From Patescibacteria group bacterium (GTDB taxonomy: Bacteria > Patescibacteriota > Patescibacteriia > Patescibacteriales > WJLG01): a stretch of DNA of 64,000 nt. Both the position numbers and the translations under genes were made by a program. Position 1 is the stretch's first letter, and every line of letters begins with the position of its first letter. Positions 44,273 to 53,193 of the stretch are shown here, in pieces. The notes under the pieces were generated by a model, which saw only the letters and a list, made by a program, of their open reading frames with translations, was not told where the DNA came from and ran no database searches. Where the stretch lies: NCBI GenBank assembly GCA_028707065.1, contig JAQTUZ010000002.1:70513-134512 (forward strand). Direction: 5' to 3'.

Positions 44273-45478
44273 ATGCCAATATATAGATATGACGCCATCA
44301 ATGGCCAGGGCAAAAAAACCAACGGTTTGTTGAATGCCTATAACCGCCGCGCCGCCACGGAAAGGCTGGAAGAGCTGGCTTTGACCAATATCGTTCTTAA
44401 GGACAAGACCGACAGTTTGGAATTGAAACTGACGACTTTTTTTTCGCCGGTCAAAGCCAAAGATCTGGTGATTTTTTCGCGGCAATTTTCCGTGATGATC
44501 TCCGCCAATTTGGCGCTGGTGCAATCGCTGCGGATCGCGGCCGAACAGACGGATAATGTTTCTTTGAAAATGAATATCTTTGAAATCGCCTATGAAGTGG
44601 ATGGCGGATCGACTTTGTCGGCGGCCATGGCCAAGCGGCCGAAAATTTTTTCGCCTTTCTATACCAACGTGGTCAAATCAGGCGAGACTTCCGGCCGTCT
44701 TGACGAGGTATTGAATTATTTGGCCGACGAAATTGAAAATGATTATGACATGACTTCGAAGATCAAGGGAGCGATGATCTATCCGGCTTTTGTTTTGATC
44801 GGATTGTTCGCGGTGGGGGTTTTAATGATGGTCGTGGTTGTGCCGCAATTGACCAATATTTTTAAAGAAACCGGCGCTGCTTTGCCTTTTGCCACCAGGA
44901 TCTTAATAAACATTTCCGATTTCATGATCAATTATTGGTGGGTGCTGATCATTTTGGCCATCGCCGCCATTATCGCCATTCGTGTTTTTCTTAATACCGA
45001 GTTGGGAAAAAAAACTGTTGATCTGATCAAATTGCGGTTGCCGGTTTTTGGCAATCTTTTCCAGCTGATCTATATCGTGCGCTTCACCAGATCGATGAAT
45101 ACTTTGATTATCGGCGGCGTCACAATTTCCAAAAGTTTGGAAGTCGTGGCCAACGTCGTGGGCAATACCGTTTACAAAGATCTGATCCTCCAAAGCCACA
45201 AGAGCGTGGAAGAGGGCGGCTCATTAGCCAGGGTCTTCTTATCCAGCGATGTCGTGCCGAAAATGGTGCCGCAAATGATCGTGGTCGGCGAAAAAACCGG
45301 CAAGCTGGATCTGGTTTTTCGGAAAATCACCGATTTTTATACGCGGGAAATCAAGAACATTTTAGCCAATCTGGTCGCCTTGCTTGAGCCGTCGATCATG
45401 GTGGTGATGGGCGTGGCCGTCGGCGTCATGGTGGCCGCGGTAATTATGCCGATGTACAATCTGGCCGGCCAATTTTAG
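44273..45478 (+). CDS. pilC: type IV pilus platform protein PilC (GspF family)
   Basis: Two GspF-type repeats and three TM segments. Confidence 0.9.
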   Translation: MPIYRYDAINGQGKKTNGLLNAYNRRAATERLEELALTNIVLKDKTDSLELKLTTFFSPVKAKDLVIFSRQFSVMISANLALVQSLRIAAEQTDNVSLKMNIFEIAYEVDGGSTLSAAMAKRPKIFSPFYTNVVKSGETSGRLDEVLNYLADEIENDYDMTSKIKGAMIYPAFVLIGLFAVGVLMMVVVVPQLTNIFKETGAALPFATRILINISDFMINYWWVLIILAIAAIIAIRVFLNTELGKKTVDLIKLRLPVFGNLFQLIYIVRFTRSMNTLIIGGVTISKSLEVVANVVGNTVYKDLILQSHKSVEEGGSLARVFLSSDVVPKMVPQMIVVGEKTGKLDLVFRKITDFYTREIKNILANLVALLEPSIMVVMGVAVGVMVAAVIMPMYNLAGQF

Positions 45479-45645
45479 GTTAAATCGCGGGTTGACTTCC
45501 CGTTAGCCGCGAAATAGTGTATAATAATAGCAGGGTGTTGATAATTATGTTGCGCGCCTTTTTCAAAGATGATATAATAATAATAGATTATAAATAAGCT
45601 GACTTTTAATGCGCGTTTTTAAGCCCTTAAAAGCAGAAAATATCT

Positions 45646-46149
45646 ATGGATAAAAAAAACACAAAGCAAAAAGGCTTTACCCTGGTTGAATTGCTGGTGG
45701 TAATCGCCATCATCGGCCTGCTCTCCACCTTATCGATCGTGGCTTTAAACAGCGCCAGGACCAAGGCCAGAGACGCGGCGCGCACGGCCTCGATAAAGCA
45801 ATGGCAAACCGCGCTGGAACTTTATTATTCGGACCGGGGCGGTTATCCTAACGGTGTCGAAGGCTCTCCCGCCAACATTTACCAAACTGGTACTGTCGGG
45901 AGCTCCACTCCGGGCTGGCCGCTTACCAAACAGGATGTCACTTATTTGGGAAAGGTTCCGAATAATACTGTTCCTTGGACAGGAGGCCCTTGCACTACCG
46001 GCGCTGATTTTGATTACGTACCAGATCCAACCTGGACGGGCGATAAGGCTGACACAGGAACCACTTACGCGATCACTTATTGTCTGGAAGGCGGTGCGGG
46101 AGGCATTGCTGCCGGGTGGCATACGGCGACGCCGGCTGGAATTCAGTAA
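45646..46149 (+). CDS. type IV pilin (prepilin with N-methylation motif)
   Basis: KGFTLVELLVVIAIIGLL class III signal. Confidence 0.85.
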   Translation: MDKKNTKQKGFTLVELLVVIAIIGLLSTLSIVALNSARTKARDAARTASIKQWQTALELYYSDRGGYPNGVEGSPANIYQTGTVGSSTPGWPLTKQDVTYLGKVPNNTVPWTGGPCTTGADFDYVPDPTWTGDKADTGTTYAITYCLEGGAGGIAAGWHTATPAGIQ

Positions 46150-46277
46150 TCAAAATTCAGTTATTCTAAACGCAAAATTTACCACTTTAATAAATTCCCT
46201 TCTAACTGGAAGGGAATTTATTTTTTTGCCCGTAAATGTTATAATTAGTTATTATTGTTTCAGTTAAATTTTTGTTT

Positions 46278-48584
46278 ATGTTTTCATTACGCCGGGAAAA
46301 AGCGATCAAATTTTGCCAGACCGCGATCGATTGGCTTAGCTTGAGCCTGATTTTTTTGGTGCCGCTGTATTTTGCTTTTTTTCATGAGCTATTCAGTATT
46401 TTTACGCTGGATAAAGTGGTGATGCTGAGAACGCTGGTGGCCACAGCGGCTTTGATATTTCTGGCAAAGATTTTTTTAGCCGGCAATGTCAGCTTTCGCT
46501 TTGGCAAGCGCTATTTGATCTTTGCCGGCTTGCTGGCTTTATCGTGGTTGCTTTCCGCTTCTTTCTCGGCGATCAGCTCTTATGGTTTTTGGGGGTATTA
46601 TCCTAGATTGCAAGGCTTCCTGACTTTGATTTTTTATTTATTGTTCGTTGTTCTCTTATTGTTCAATCTGAATAATTTTTCCCAAGTCAGGCGTTTTATC
46701 GGGGCAATGCTCCTGTCTTCGCTATTCGCGTGTTGTTACGGGCTGATCCAATATTTCGGCTTTGATCCGATCAGGTGGGCGGAAACCAGCCGGATTTTTT
46801 CCACTTTCGGCCAGCCGAATTTTTTCGGCCATTGGCTCATCTTGGTCATTCCTTTCACGGTTTACGCGCTTGTTTTCTGGGCGCGCCGTTTTTTAACCAG
46901 GTCGCTGCTCGGCATTTTGCTTTTGGGCCAGCTGGCTTGCTTGCTTTTTACTTACAGCCGTTCCGCCTGGCTGGGGCTGGCGGCGGAAATATTCTTGGCC
47001 GTTTTGTTTTTGTTATTTTTGCGGGGAAGAAAAAAAATCGCGCTTAGTTTGATAATATTGTCTCTGGCCGGCCTTATTTTTGCTTCATCTTTTTTCTCTT
47101 TTTCCCCGCGGCCGGCGGTTGCCAATTATTCTTTGCCATCCCGGCTGGCGGCCATTTTCGATTTCAGCCAGGGAACGGTCAGGGTGCGCGTGGAAACTTG
47201 GCAAGCCGCGCTGGCTCTATTCAAAGAGGAAAGCGTTTTCCGCAAGCTCATTGGCTATGGGCCGGATTCTTTGTATGAGCCATTTTTGCGGCATTATCAG
47301 GCCAGCTGGGCGCTTGATGAAAATGTCGATTCTTGGCCGGATCGATCCCATAATTCGTTTTTGGATATTTTGTTGTCTTTCGGGCTGCTTGGCCTGGCGG
47401 TGTATTCGCTTGTTTTTGTCTTTTTAGCCGGGCAGGTTTGGCGTTTCTTTAAAACTGGCAAGCGAGACGAAAATTTTCGGCTGGCCATCGTCTGCGTCAT
47501 TGCCTTAACCGGATATTTCTTTAATAATTTATTCAGTTTCTCGGATACGCCGCAATATTTATATTTTTATCTGATTTTGGGTTTATTGATCTTTTCTTTG
47601 ACTCGGGCCCGGGAGGAAAAAGAGATCAGCATCGGCTTGACTGTTTTTTCGCGCGCGGCTATCTTCGCTTCTTTTTTTATTCTGGCGGCAATTTTTATTT
47701 TTTATTTTAATGCCAGGCTGATTTTGGCGGATTATTATTATATGCAGGCGGCGCTTAATGTTAAAGATAATAATTGTCCGAAAGCGCTCGCCGCTAACAC
47801 CGCGGCGATCGCCTGGGGCGGGGGAAACAGCCTCTATTACCAAAATGGATATATCGCCAACGGCTTGTCTTGTTTTAACGGCTTGCCGGCAGGCGCGCAA
47901 GAAAAATTGAGAGACAATCTGCTTTTTTATCTCAGCCGCCTGCCGGTGGATAAGTTTTTTTACTTTGCCGAGAGCAAGGTTGACGTCAGCGTGTTGCTGG
48001 CCAATTTTGATCAGGCTTATTATCCGCAGGCGGAAAAGGATTTTGCCGCTCTGGCCGAAAAATATCCGCAAGTCAGCACTGTTTACAGCAATTGGGCCAA
48101 TTTTGAGATGATCAAGGGCGATTACGATAAGGCGATCGAAGTCGGTAATCAGGGCCTCGCGACTTTGCCCTTAAAGGAAATGGAACAGCGGGGATATTTC
48201 ACTCACCGGCCGGTAATCGAATCCTGGCAGATCGATTTTTATGACCTTATCGGCGACGCCTATGCCGGCAAAAAGGACTGGAATAATGCTTTGAGTTATT
48301 ATGACCGCGGCGTTAAGCTCAATCCCTATTATCTGCCGGCTTATCAGAAGATCGCGGCCGTTTACGCGGCAAAAAAAGATTGGGATAAGGCGATATGGTA
48401 TAATAATAAAGGTTATCGGCTTAATCCGGCGGATTATTCCTGGCCCTTGGCTATCGGGCATTTGTATCAGGAGAAAGGCGATAAAAGCGCGGCGATTGAA
48501 TATTTCCAGAAAGTTTTGCGGTTGAATCCGGATAATAAGGACGCGCAAAGCTCGATTGACAGCTTGAAAGATCAGCTTGAATAG
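46278..48584 (+). CDS. O-antigen ligase (Wzy_C)-like polytopic membrane protein with C-terminal TPR repeats
   Basis: More than 10 TM helices, an O-antigen-ligase-like loop region, and a C-terminal TPR array (YDKAIEV..., NNALSYYDRGVKLNP, WDKAIWYNNKGYRLNP). Confidence 0.7.
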   Translation: MFSLRREKAIKFCQTAIDWLSLSLIFLVPLYFAFFHELFSIFTLDKVVMLRTLVATAALIFLAKIFLAGNVSFRFGKRYLIFAGLLALSWLLSASFSAISSYGFWGYYPRLQGFLTLIFYLLFVVLLLFNLNNFSQVRRFIGAMLLSSLFACCYGLIQYFGFDPIRWAETSRIFSTFGQPNFFGHWLILVIPFTVYALVFWARRFLTRSLLGILLLGQLACLLFTYSRSAWLGLAAEIFLAVLFLLFLRGRKKIALSLIILSLAGLIFASSFFSFSPRPAVANYSLPSRLAAIFDFSQGTVRVRVETWQAALALFKEESVFRKLIGYGPDSLYEPFLRHYQASWALDENVDSWPDRSHNSFLDILLSFGLLGLAVYSLVFVFLAGQVWRFFKTGKRDENFRLAIVCVIALTGYFFNNLFSFSDTPQYLYFYLILGLLIFSLTRAREEKEISIGLTVFSRAAIFASFFILAAIFIFYFNARLILADYYYMQAALNVKDNNCPKALAANTAAIAWGGGNSLYYQNGYIANGLSCFNGLPAGAQEKLRDNLLFYLSRLPVDKFFYFAESKVDVSVLLANFDQAYYPQAEKDFAALAEKYPQVSTVYSNWANFEMIKGDYDKAIEVGNQGLATLPLKEMEQRGYFTHRPVIESWQIDFYDLIGDAYAGKKDWNNALSYYDRGVKLNPYYLPAYQKIAAVYAAKKDWDKAIWYNNKGYRLNPADYSWPLAIGHLYQEKGDKSAAIEYFQKVLRLNPDNKDAQSSIDSLKDQLE

Positions 48585-48675
48585 TTAGCTTGCCGTAGGA
48601 CCGCAATATTTCGCGTTCTAATCGCGGGAACGCAAGGTATTGTGTTCCCGCCGCCGTCAATTTCTTTAAATTTTT

Positions 48676-49500
48676 ATGATTTATTATTTTATATTCATTT
48701 CATTTTTGTTCGGCGCCGTGATCGGCAGTTTTACCAATTGTTTTGTCTGGCGTCTGCATGAAAATGAGACCTTGTGGGACCGGTCTTATTGCCCCAAATG
48801 CCGGAAAATGATCGCCTGGTTCGATAATATTCCGGTCTTAAGTTTTTTCGTCTTAGGCGGACGCTGCCGGCAGTGCGGGAAGAGAATATCCTGGCAATAT
48901 CCGCTGGTGGAATTTACTACCGCCTGCTTTTTTGCCCTGTCTTTTTATCTCTTGGCTAAAAATATCATTGGCGGAGGAAGTTTATCCGATAATCTTTATC
49001 TTCTTTCCGGCAACGCCTTTATCTTGTCCTTGGTCAAAGATTGGTTGCTAATCTTTACTTTAACGGTGATCTTTATTTATGATTGCCGCTGGTATCTTAT
49101 TCCGGACAAAGTGGTCATTCCCGGGGCTTTGATAATCTTTCTGCTTAATCTTTTTTTAGGCTATAATTGGTTAGTATTGTTGATTTGTGCGCTGGTGGGT
49201 GGCAGTTTTTTCCTCCTGCAATTTTTGGTTTCGCGGGGAAAATGGGTCGGAGGAGGGGATATTCGCCTGGGAATTCTTTTAGGATTTTCCACCGGGCGTT
49301 ACGCGGAATTGGTCCTGGCGATATTACTTACCTATTTTATCGGTTCGGTCATCGGTACATTATTGGTGATTTTTGGCAAGAAACATTGGAGTTCCAAGGT
49401 GCCCCTGGGGGTTTTTATGGCCCCGGCCTTGCTTATTACCTTGTTCTGGGGCCCCGAGATCGTCAATTGGTATCTTAATCTTTTCTGGGCATTTCCTTAA
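48676..49500 (+). CDS. pilD: prepilin peptidase (A24 family)
   Basis: CPKC...CRQCG zinc motif and GGGDIRLG catalytic Asp motif. Confidence 0.85.
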   Translation: MIYYFIFISFLFGAVIGSFTNCFVWRLHENETLWDRSYCPKCRKMIAWFDNIPVLSFFVLGGRCRQCGKRISWQYPLVEFTTACFFALSFYLLAKNIIGGGSLSDNLYLLSGNAFILSLVKDWLLIFTLTVIFIYDCRWYLIPDKVVIPGALIIFLLNLFLGYNWLVLLICALVGGSFFLLQFLVSRGKWVGGGDIRLGILLGFSTGRYAELVLAILLTYFIGSVIGTLLVIFGKKHWSSKVPLGVFMAPALLITLFWGPEIVNWYLNLFWAFP

Positions 49501-49545
49501 AAAGGCTGTTGGCAAGGGAGGGCGGATATAGTATAATAAACACAT

Positions 49546-49649
49546 AATCCGAACCTACGAAATATCCGAATACAACGAACGTTTTTAACTAATATTTGTT
49601 TTGTTCAGAGGGTTCGTAGTATTCGTGTATAATTCGTAGTATTCGTATT
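49546..49649. repeat. word-repeat inverted repeat (CGAATA word family)
   Basis: aatccgaacctacgaaatatccgaatacaacgaacg ... ggttcgtagtattcgtgtataattcgtagtattcgtatt. Confidence 0.7.
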
Positions 49650-49686
49650 ATATACCCAAGTTAATCAAGTTAAGAAAAACGTTAAT

Positions 49687-50949
49687 ATGAAAGAGGATTC
49701 AATTGTCGGTTTAGATATCGGTTCCACTGAAGTCAGGCTGGTGCTGGGACAGAGGAATGAGCAAAATGGCGGCCGCTTGCAGATAATCGGGGCGATTTCC
49801 TCGCCCTCCGAAGGCATTAGCAAAGGAATGGTTAAAAGTATCGATGATACCACTTCTTCGGTTTCTTCGCTTTTGGAAAAAGCCGAGCGTTTGATCGGTT
49901 TGCCGATCGGCGCGGTCTATGTCAGCGTCAATGATCCTTATATCAAGTGTGAGAAAAGCAAAGGCGTGGTGGCAGTCGGCAAAAGCAATGGCGAGATCAG
50001 CCAGGAAGACGTGGAGCGGGCGATCGAAGCGGCGCGCACCTTGAGCATGCCGCCGAATTACGAAATACTTCATGTCATTCCCATAAAATTCACGGTTGAT
50101 AATCAGGAAGACGTTAAAGATCCGATCGGCATGAGCGGCATTCGCCTCGAAGTCGAGGCCTTGATCGTGCAGGGGATGACCAGCCAGATTAAAAATTTGA
50201 CTAAGGCGATCTATCGCACCGGATTAAACATCGATGATCTGGTTTTATCTTCCTTGGCGTTAGGCGAGGCGGTCTTGAGTCCCAAGCAAAAAGATTTGGG
50301 CGTGGCCGTTGCCGGCATCGGCGCTTCCACCACTACCCTGGCTGTTTATGAAGAAGGGAAATTGATCCATGCCGCGGTCATCCCGATCGGGAGCGAACAT
50401 ATCACTTCCGATATTGCCATCGGGTTGCGCTGTCCGATCAATTTGGCCGAACGGGTAAAGATCGAATATGGCAATGCCGTGCCCAAGAATTTTTCCGGCA
50501 AAGAAGAAGTGGATATTTCCGAGCTGGCCAAAGAAGAAGAAGTGGAAGATGATATCAAAGAAATCTCCAAAAAATATGTCGCGGAAATAATTGAAGCCCG
50601 GGCCGAAGAGATTTTCGACCGTCTTGATGAACAATTGAAAAAGATCGACCGTTCGGGACTCTTGCCGGCCGGCATTGTTTTAGCGGGCGGCGGCGCGAAA
50701 TTGGCTGGTTTAGTCGAGGTAGCCAAAGATCGGTTGCGCCTGCCGGCCAGCGTGGGCATTTGCCGCAATGCCGAGATCATCTTCGATAAAGTCAATGATT
50801 CTAAATATTTAACCGCTCTGGGTTTGGTGATCTGGGGAAACTCTTTCATGACTAAAAGAGTCACGCGAGGCGCTTGGGGGGGCTTAAGTAATTTTTGGGA
50901 AGATACTAATAAAAAAATCAAGGATATTTTTTCTCGCTTTGCTCCGTGA
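49687..50949 (+). CDS. ftsA: cell division protein FtsA
   Basis: Actin-like, VGLDIGSTEVRLV...VLAGGGAKLAG. Upstream of ftsZ. Confidence 0.9.
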   Translation: MKEDSIVGLDIGSTEVRLVLGQRNEQNGGRLQIIGAISSPSEGISKGMVKSIDDTTSSVSSLLEKAERLIGLPIGAVYVSVNDPYIKCEKSKGVVAVGKSNGEISQEDVERAIEAARTLSMPPNYEILHVIPIKFTVDNQEDVKDPIGMSGIRLEVEALIVQGMTSQIKNLTKAIYRTGLNIDDLVLSSLALGEAVLSPKQKDLGVAVAGIGASTTTLAVYEEGKLIHAAVIPIGSEHITSDIAIGLRCPINLAERVKIEYGNAVPKNFSGKEEVDISELAKEEEVEDDIKEISKKYVAEIIEARAEEIFDRLDEQLKKIDRSGLLPAGIVLAGGGAKLAGLVEVAKDRLRLPASVGICRNAEIIFDKVNDSKYLTALGLVIWGNSFMTKRVTRGAWGGLSNFWEDTNKKIKDIFSRFAP

Positions 50950-51167
50950 GCATAATCGATTGATTGTATAACATTTTTAGTCAGCTGTTTTTAAGTTGAT
51001 GTTTGATAGTAAAAAATTGGCTAAAATAAGTTAATTAATTCGTAAGTTATTAAGCCGGACAAAGGCTTGATATTTTTTTTACAATAGGATAAACTTATAG
51101 TATAATGTTTCAGGTGTGTAAATAATTTATACTGCTTGATTAGCGTGATAAATCATCTCAAAATTTT

Positions 51168-52355
51168 ATGGCTGAAATAAAACCATTGGCCGAAACATTC
51201 GCCAAGATCAAAGTCGTGGGCGTGGGCGGCGGCGGCGGAGCCGCGATCCAAAGAATGATCGAAAAAGAGATCAGAGGCGTGGATTTTATTGCCATCAATA
51301 CCGATGTGCAGGCTTTGCATTACAATAAAGCCGGCGATAAATTGCATATTGGCAAATCGGTTACCAGAGGTCTGGGAGCGGGAATGAATCCGGAATTGGG
51401 CCGGCAGGCGGCGGAAGAATCGCAGAATGAGGTCAGGGATGTTTTAAAAGGCTCGGATATGGTGTTTATTACCTGCGGTTTGGGCGGCGGAACCGGTACG
51501 GGAGCGGCGCCGGTAGTGGCGGAGATCGCCCGGGATCTGGGCGCGCTGACCGTGGCGGTCGTGACCAGGCCCTTTTCTTTTGAAGGCGGACAGCGCAAGG
51601 CGATCGCCGAGCGCGGCTTTGCCGAACTGGCTGATAAGGTTGATACGATCATCACCATCAACAATGATAAATTATTGCAGATCATCGATAAGAAAACTTC
51701 TTTGATGGAAGCTTTTTCGGTAGCGGACGATGTGTTGCGCCAGGGCGTCCAGGGCATTGCCGAGATCATCACTATTCCCGGCTTGATCAACGTTGACTTT
51801 GCCGATGTCCGGGCGGTGATGCAAAATGCCGGCTCGGCTTTGATGGGCATCGGCCAGGCGTCGGGCGAAAATCGGGCGATTGAGGCGGCCAAGGCGGCGA
51901 TCAATTCCACTTTGCTGGATATGTCGATCGACGGCGCGCGCGGGATCGTTTTTACCATTACCGGCGGAACCAATCTGGGCATGAACGAAGTTTCCGAGGC
52001 CGCGAAGGTGATTACCGCTTCGGCCGATTCTGAAGCCAAGATAATTTTTGGCGCGGTAATTGACGAGCGATTAAAAGATGAAATAAAAGTTACGGTCGTG
52101 GCCACCGGTTTTGACGGCCAGGCGCGGGATATTTCCGGCAAACAAATGCGCACTGCTTATACGCCTAATTCCTTTATCGCGGAGAAGGAAGACAAAAGCC
52201 GCGGCTGGTTCGGCGGCAAGTCTGATAATACGTCCGATACAATGAAGAAAAGCAAGATCTCGCCGGTAAAAATGGCCCAGGAAGAATTGCCGGACGAAGA
52301 ATCGGAAGAAGGCGAACTCGGCATCCCGGCGTTTATTAGGAAGAAAATGAAATAG
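51168..52355 (+). CDS. ftsZ: cell division protein FtsZ
   Basis: [26 protein letters not shown] and NVDFADV. Confidence 0.95.
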   Translation: MAEIKPLAETFAKIKVVGVGGGGGAAIQRMIEKEIRGVDFIAINTDVQALHYNKAGDKLHIGKSVTRGLGAGMNPELGRQAAEESQNEVRDVLKGSDMVFITCGLGGGTGTGAAPVVAEIARDLGALTVAVVTRPFSFEGGQRKAIAERGFAELADKVDTIITINNDKLLQIIDKKTSLMEAFSVADDVLRQGVQGIAEIITIPGLINVDFADVRAVMQNAGSALMGIGQASGENRAIEAAKAAINSTLLDMSIDGARGIVFTITGGTNLGMNEVSEAAKVITASADSEAKIIFGAVIDERLKDEIKVTVVATGFDGQARDISGKQMRTAYTPNSFIAEKEDKSRGWFGGKSDNTSDTMKKSKISPVKMAQEELPDEESEEGELGIPAFIRKKMK

Positions 52356-52467
52356 AAGTAAGAAGGCAGAAGTAAGAAGTAAAAAACCCTTGACTTATTT
52401 TGCCGATTTGATATGCTTAAAATAGATTAGAACTTTGAAAGGCTGGGGCTGGACACCCCTAATAAAA

Positions 52468-52559
52468 GGCATCTGAGACACAAACTTGTGTCGATCCCGG
52501 CGTGGGCACCAAAAAAGTCCAACGCCGAGAGGCGTTTTCTGAGAGAAATCTTAGATGCC
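52468..52559 (+). promoter_or_regulatory. candidate structured leader / attenuator
   Basis: Closing stem GGCATCT...AGATGCC encloses the hairpins GACACAA/TTGTGTC and AACGCC-gaga-GGCGTT(ttct). CGGCGT could pair with ACGCCG as an alternative. TTGACT...TATGCT promoter-like sequence at about 52388-52415. Confidence 0.3.
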
Positions 52560-52644
52560 GCCTACGTCGGGATTGGTACAAGTTTTGTTTTTGTACCAAA
52601 CGCAAAAAGAGAGCCGCTCTGACTAGAAAGGAGAGTGGTGCAGA

Positions 52645-52770
52645 ATGAAATACTTTACGATTAAAGTTGGGCGTGATGCAAGAACCGGAAAGCTTATTAC
52701 TGTTCAAGAAGCCAGAAGAAGAAGTTCTACCGCTGTAGTTGAAACTATAAAAATCCCGCTAAAAAAATAA
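52645..52770 (+). CDS. small basic protein (41 aa), hypothetical
   Basis: Manual ORF MKYFTIKVGRDARTGKLITVQEARRRSSTAVVETIKIPLKK with an AAAGGAGAG RBS. A 12-bp hairpin (52766-52795) overlaps the stop. Confidence 0.35.
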   Translation: MKYFTIKVGRDARTGKLITVQEARRRSSTAVVETIKIPLKK

Positions 52771-52887
52771 TATCGGACTGTAATCCGATATTATTTACGA
52801 AATAGTGTATCTAAGAAAAAAATAGACGCGGCTTTCTTTTTTGTGTAGAAAAATCCGGCTATTAGCTGGGCATAAAATCTTATCGTT

Positions 52888-52972
52888 GGAGGGTTGACTG
52901 AGTGGTCTAAGGTGACCATCTCCAAAATGGTTATGCTGGGAGGCATCGAGGGTTCGAATCCCTCACTCTCCG
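52888..52972 (+). tRNA. type II (serine-like) tRNA with anticodon CCA
   Basis: Hand fold: acceptor GGAGGGT/ACTCTCC (G1-C72, G2-C71, A3-U70), D arm ACT-GAGTGGTCTAA-GGT, anticodon arm ACCAT-CTCCAAA-ATGGT, 16-nt variable arm TATGCTGGGAGGCATC, T arm GAGGG-TTCGAAT-CCCTC, discriminator G73. Confidence 0.75.
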
Positions 52973-53027
52973 CAAGAAAATTTTTATGCCCAACTCATGG
53001 TCGGATTTTTTATTTTGAAATAACTCG

Positions 53028-53057
53028 AATCCGGATTTAAGGCCGGATTATTTTTTT
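53028..53057 (+). terminator. hairpin plus T-run downstream of the tRNA
   Basis: aatccgg / atttaagg / ccggatt followed by attttttt. Confidence 0.55.
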
Positions 53058-53193
53058 GAGTTGTCGCGTTACCTTAGCACTGATATCAAGACATGTCAAT
53101 AGATAGGGGACAAAAAAACCAGCTCGAATAAGTCGAATGGTTTATCGCAAAAAATAACTGGTAATTTTTTGCATATGCAAGGGTTAAATATCA

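Noticed and set aside
36331-52153. Long antisense or shadow ORFs inside well-supported genes, e.g. 36331..37122(+), 37558..38097(-), 41335..41913(-), 50346..50921(-) and 51320..52153(-, 277 aa opposite ftsZ).
   Set aside because: Each lies fully within a gene with clear family motifs on the other strand. The translations are low-complexity and lack motifs or RBS, so they are shadows of codon-biased coding sequence.
52459-52707. ORF 52459..52707(-), 82 aa.
   Set aside because: It is antisense to the structured leader and the RBS-supported 41-aa ORF, and it reads through several hairpins.
52888-52972. Alternative identities for the CCA type II tRNA: tRNA-Sec (its loop differs from CTTCAAA by one base), tRNA-Leu or tRNA-Tyr.
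   Set aside because: tRNA-Sec needs an 8/5 or 9/4 acceptor/T geometry and a 6-bp D stem. This fold is 7/5 with a 3-bp D stem. Leu and Tyr type II tRNAs carry A73, and this one has G73 plus G2-C71 and A3-U70 as in tRNA-Ser.
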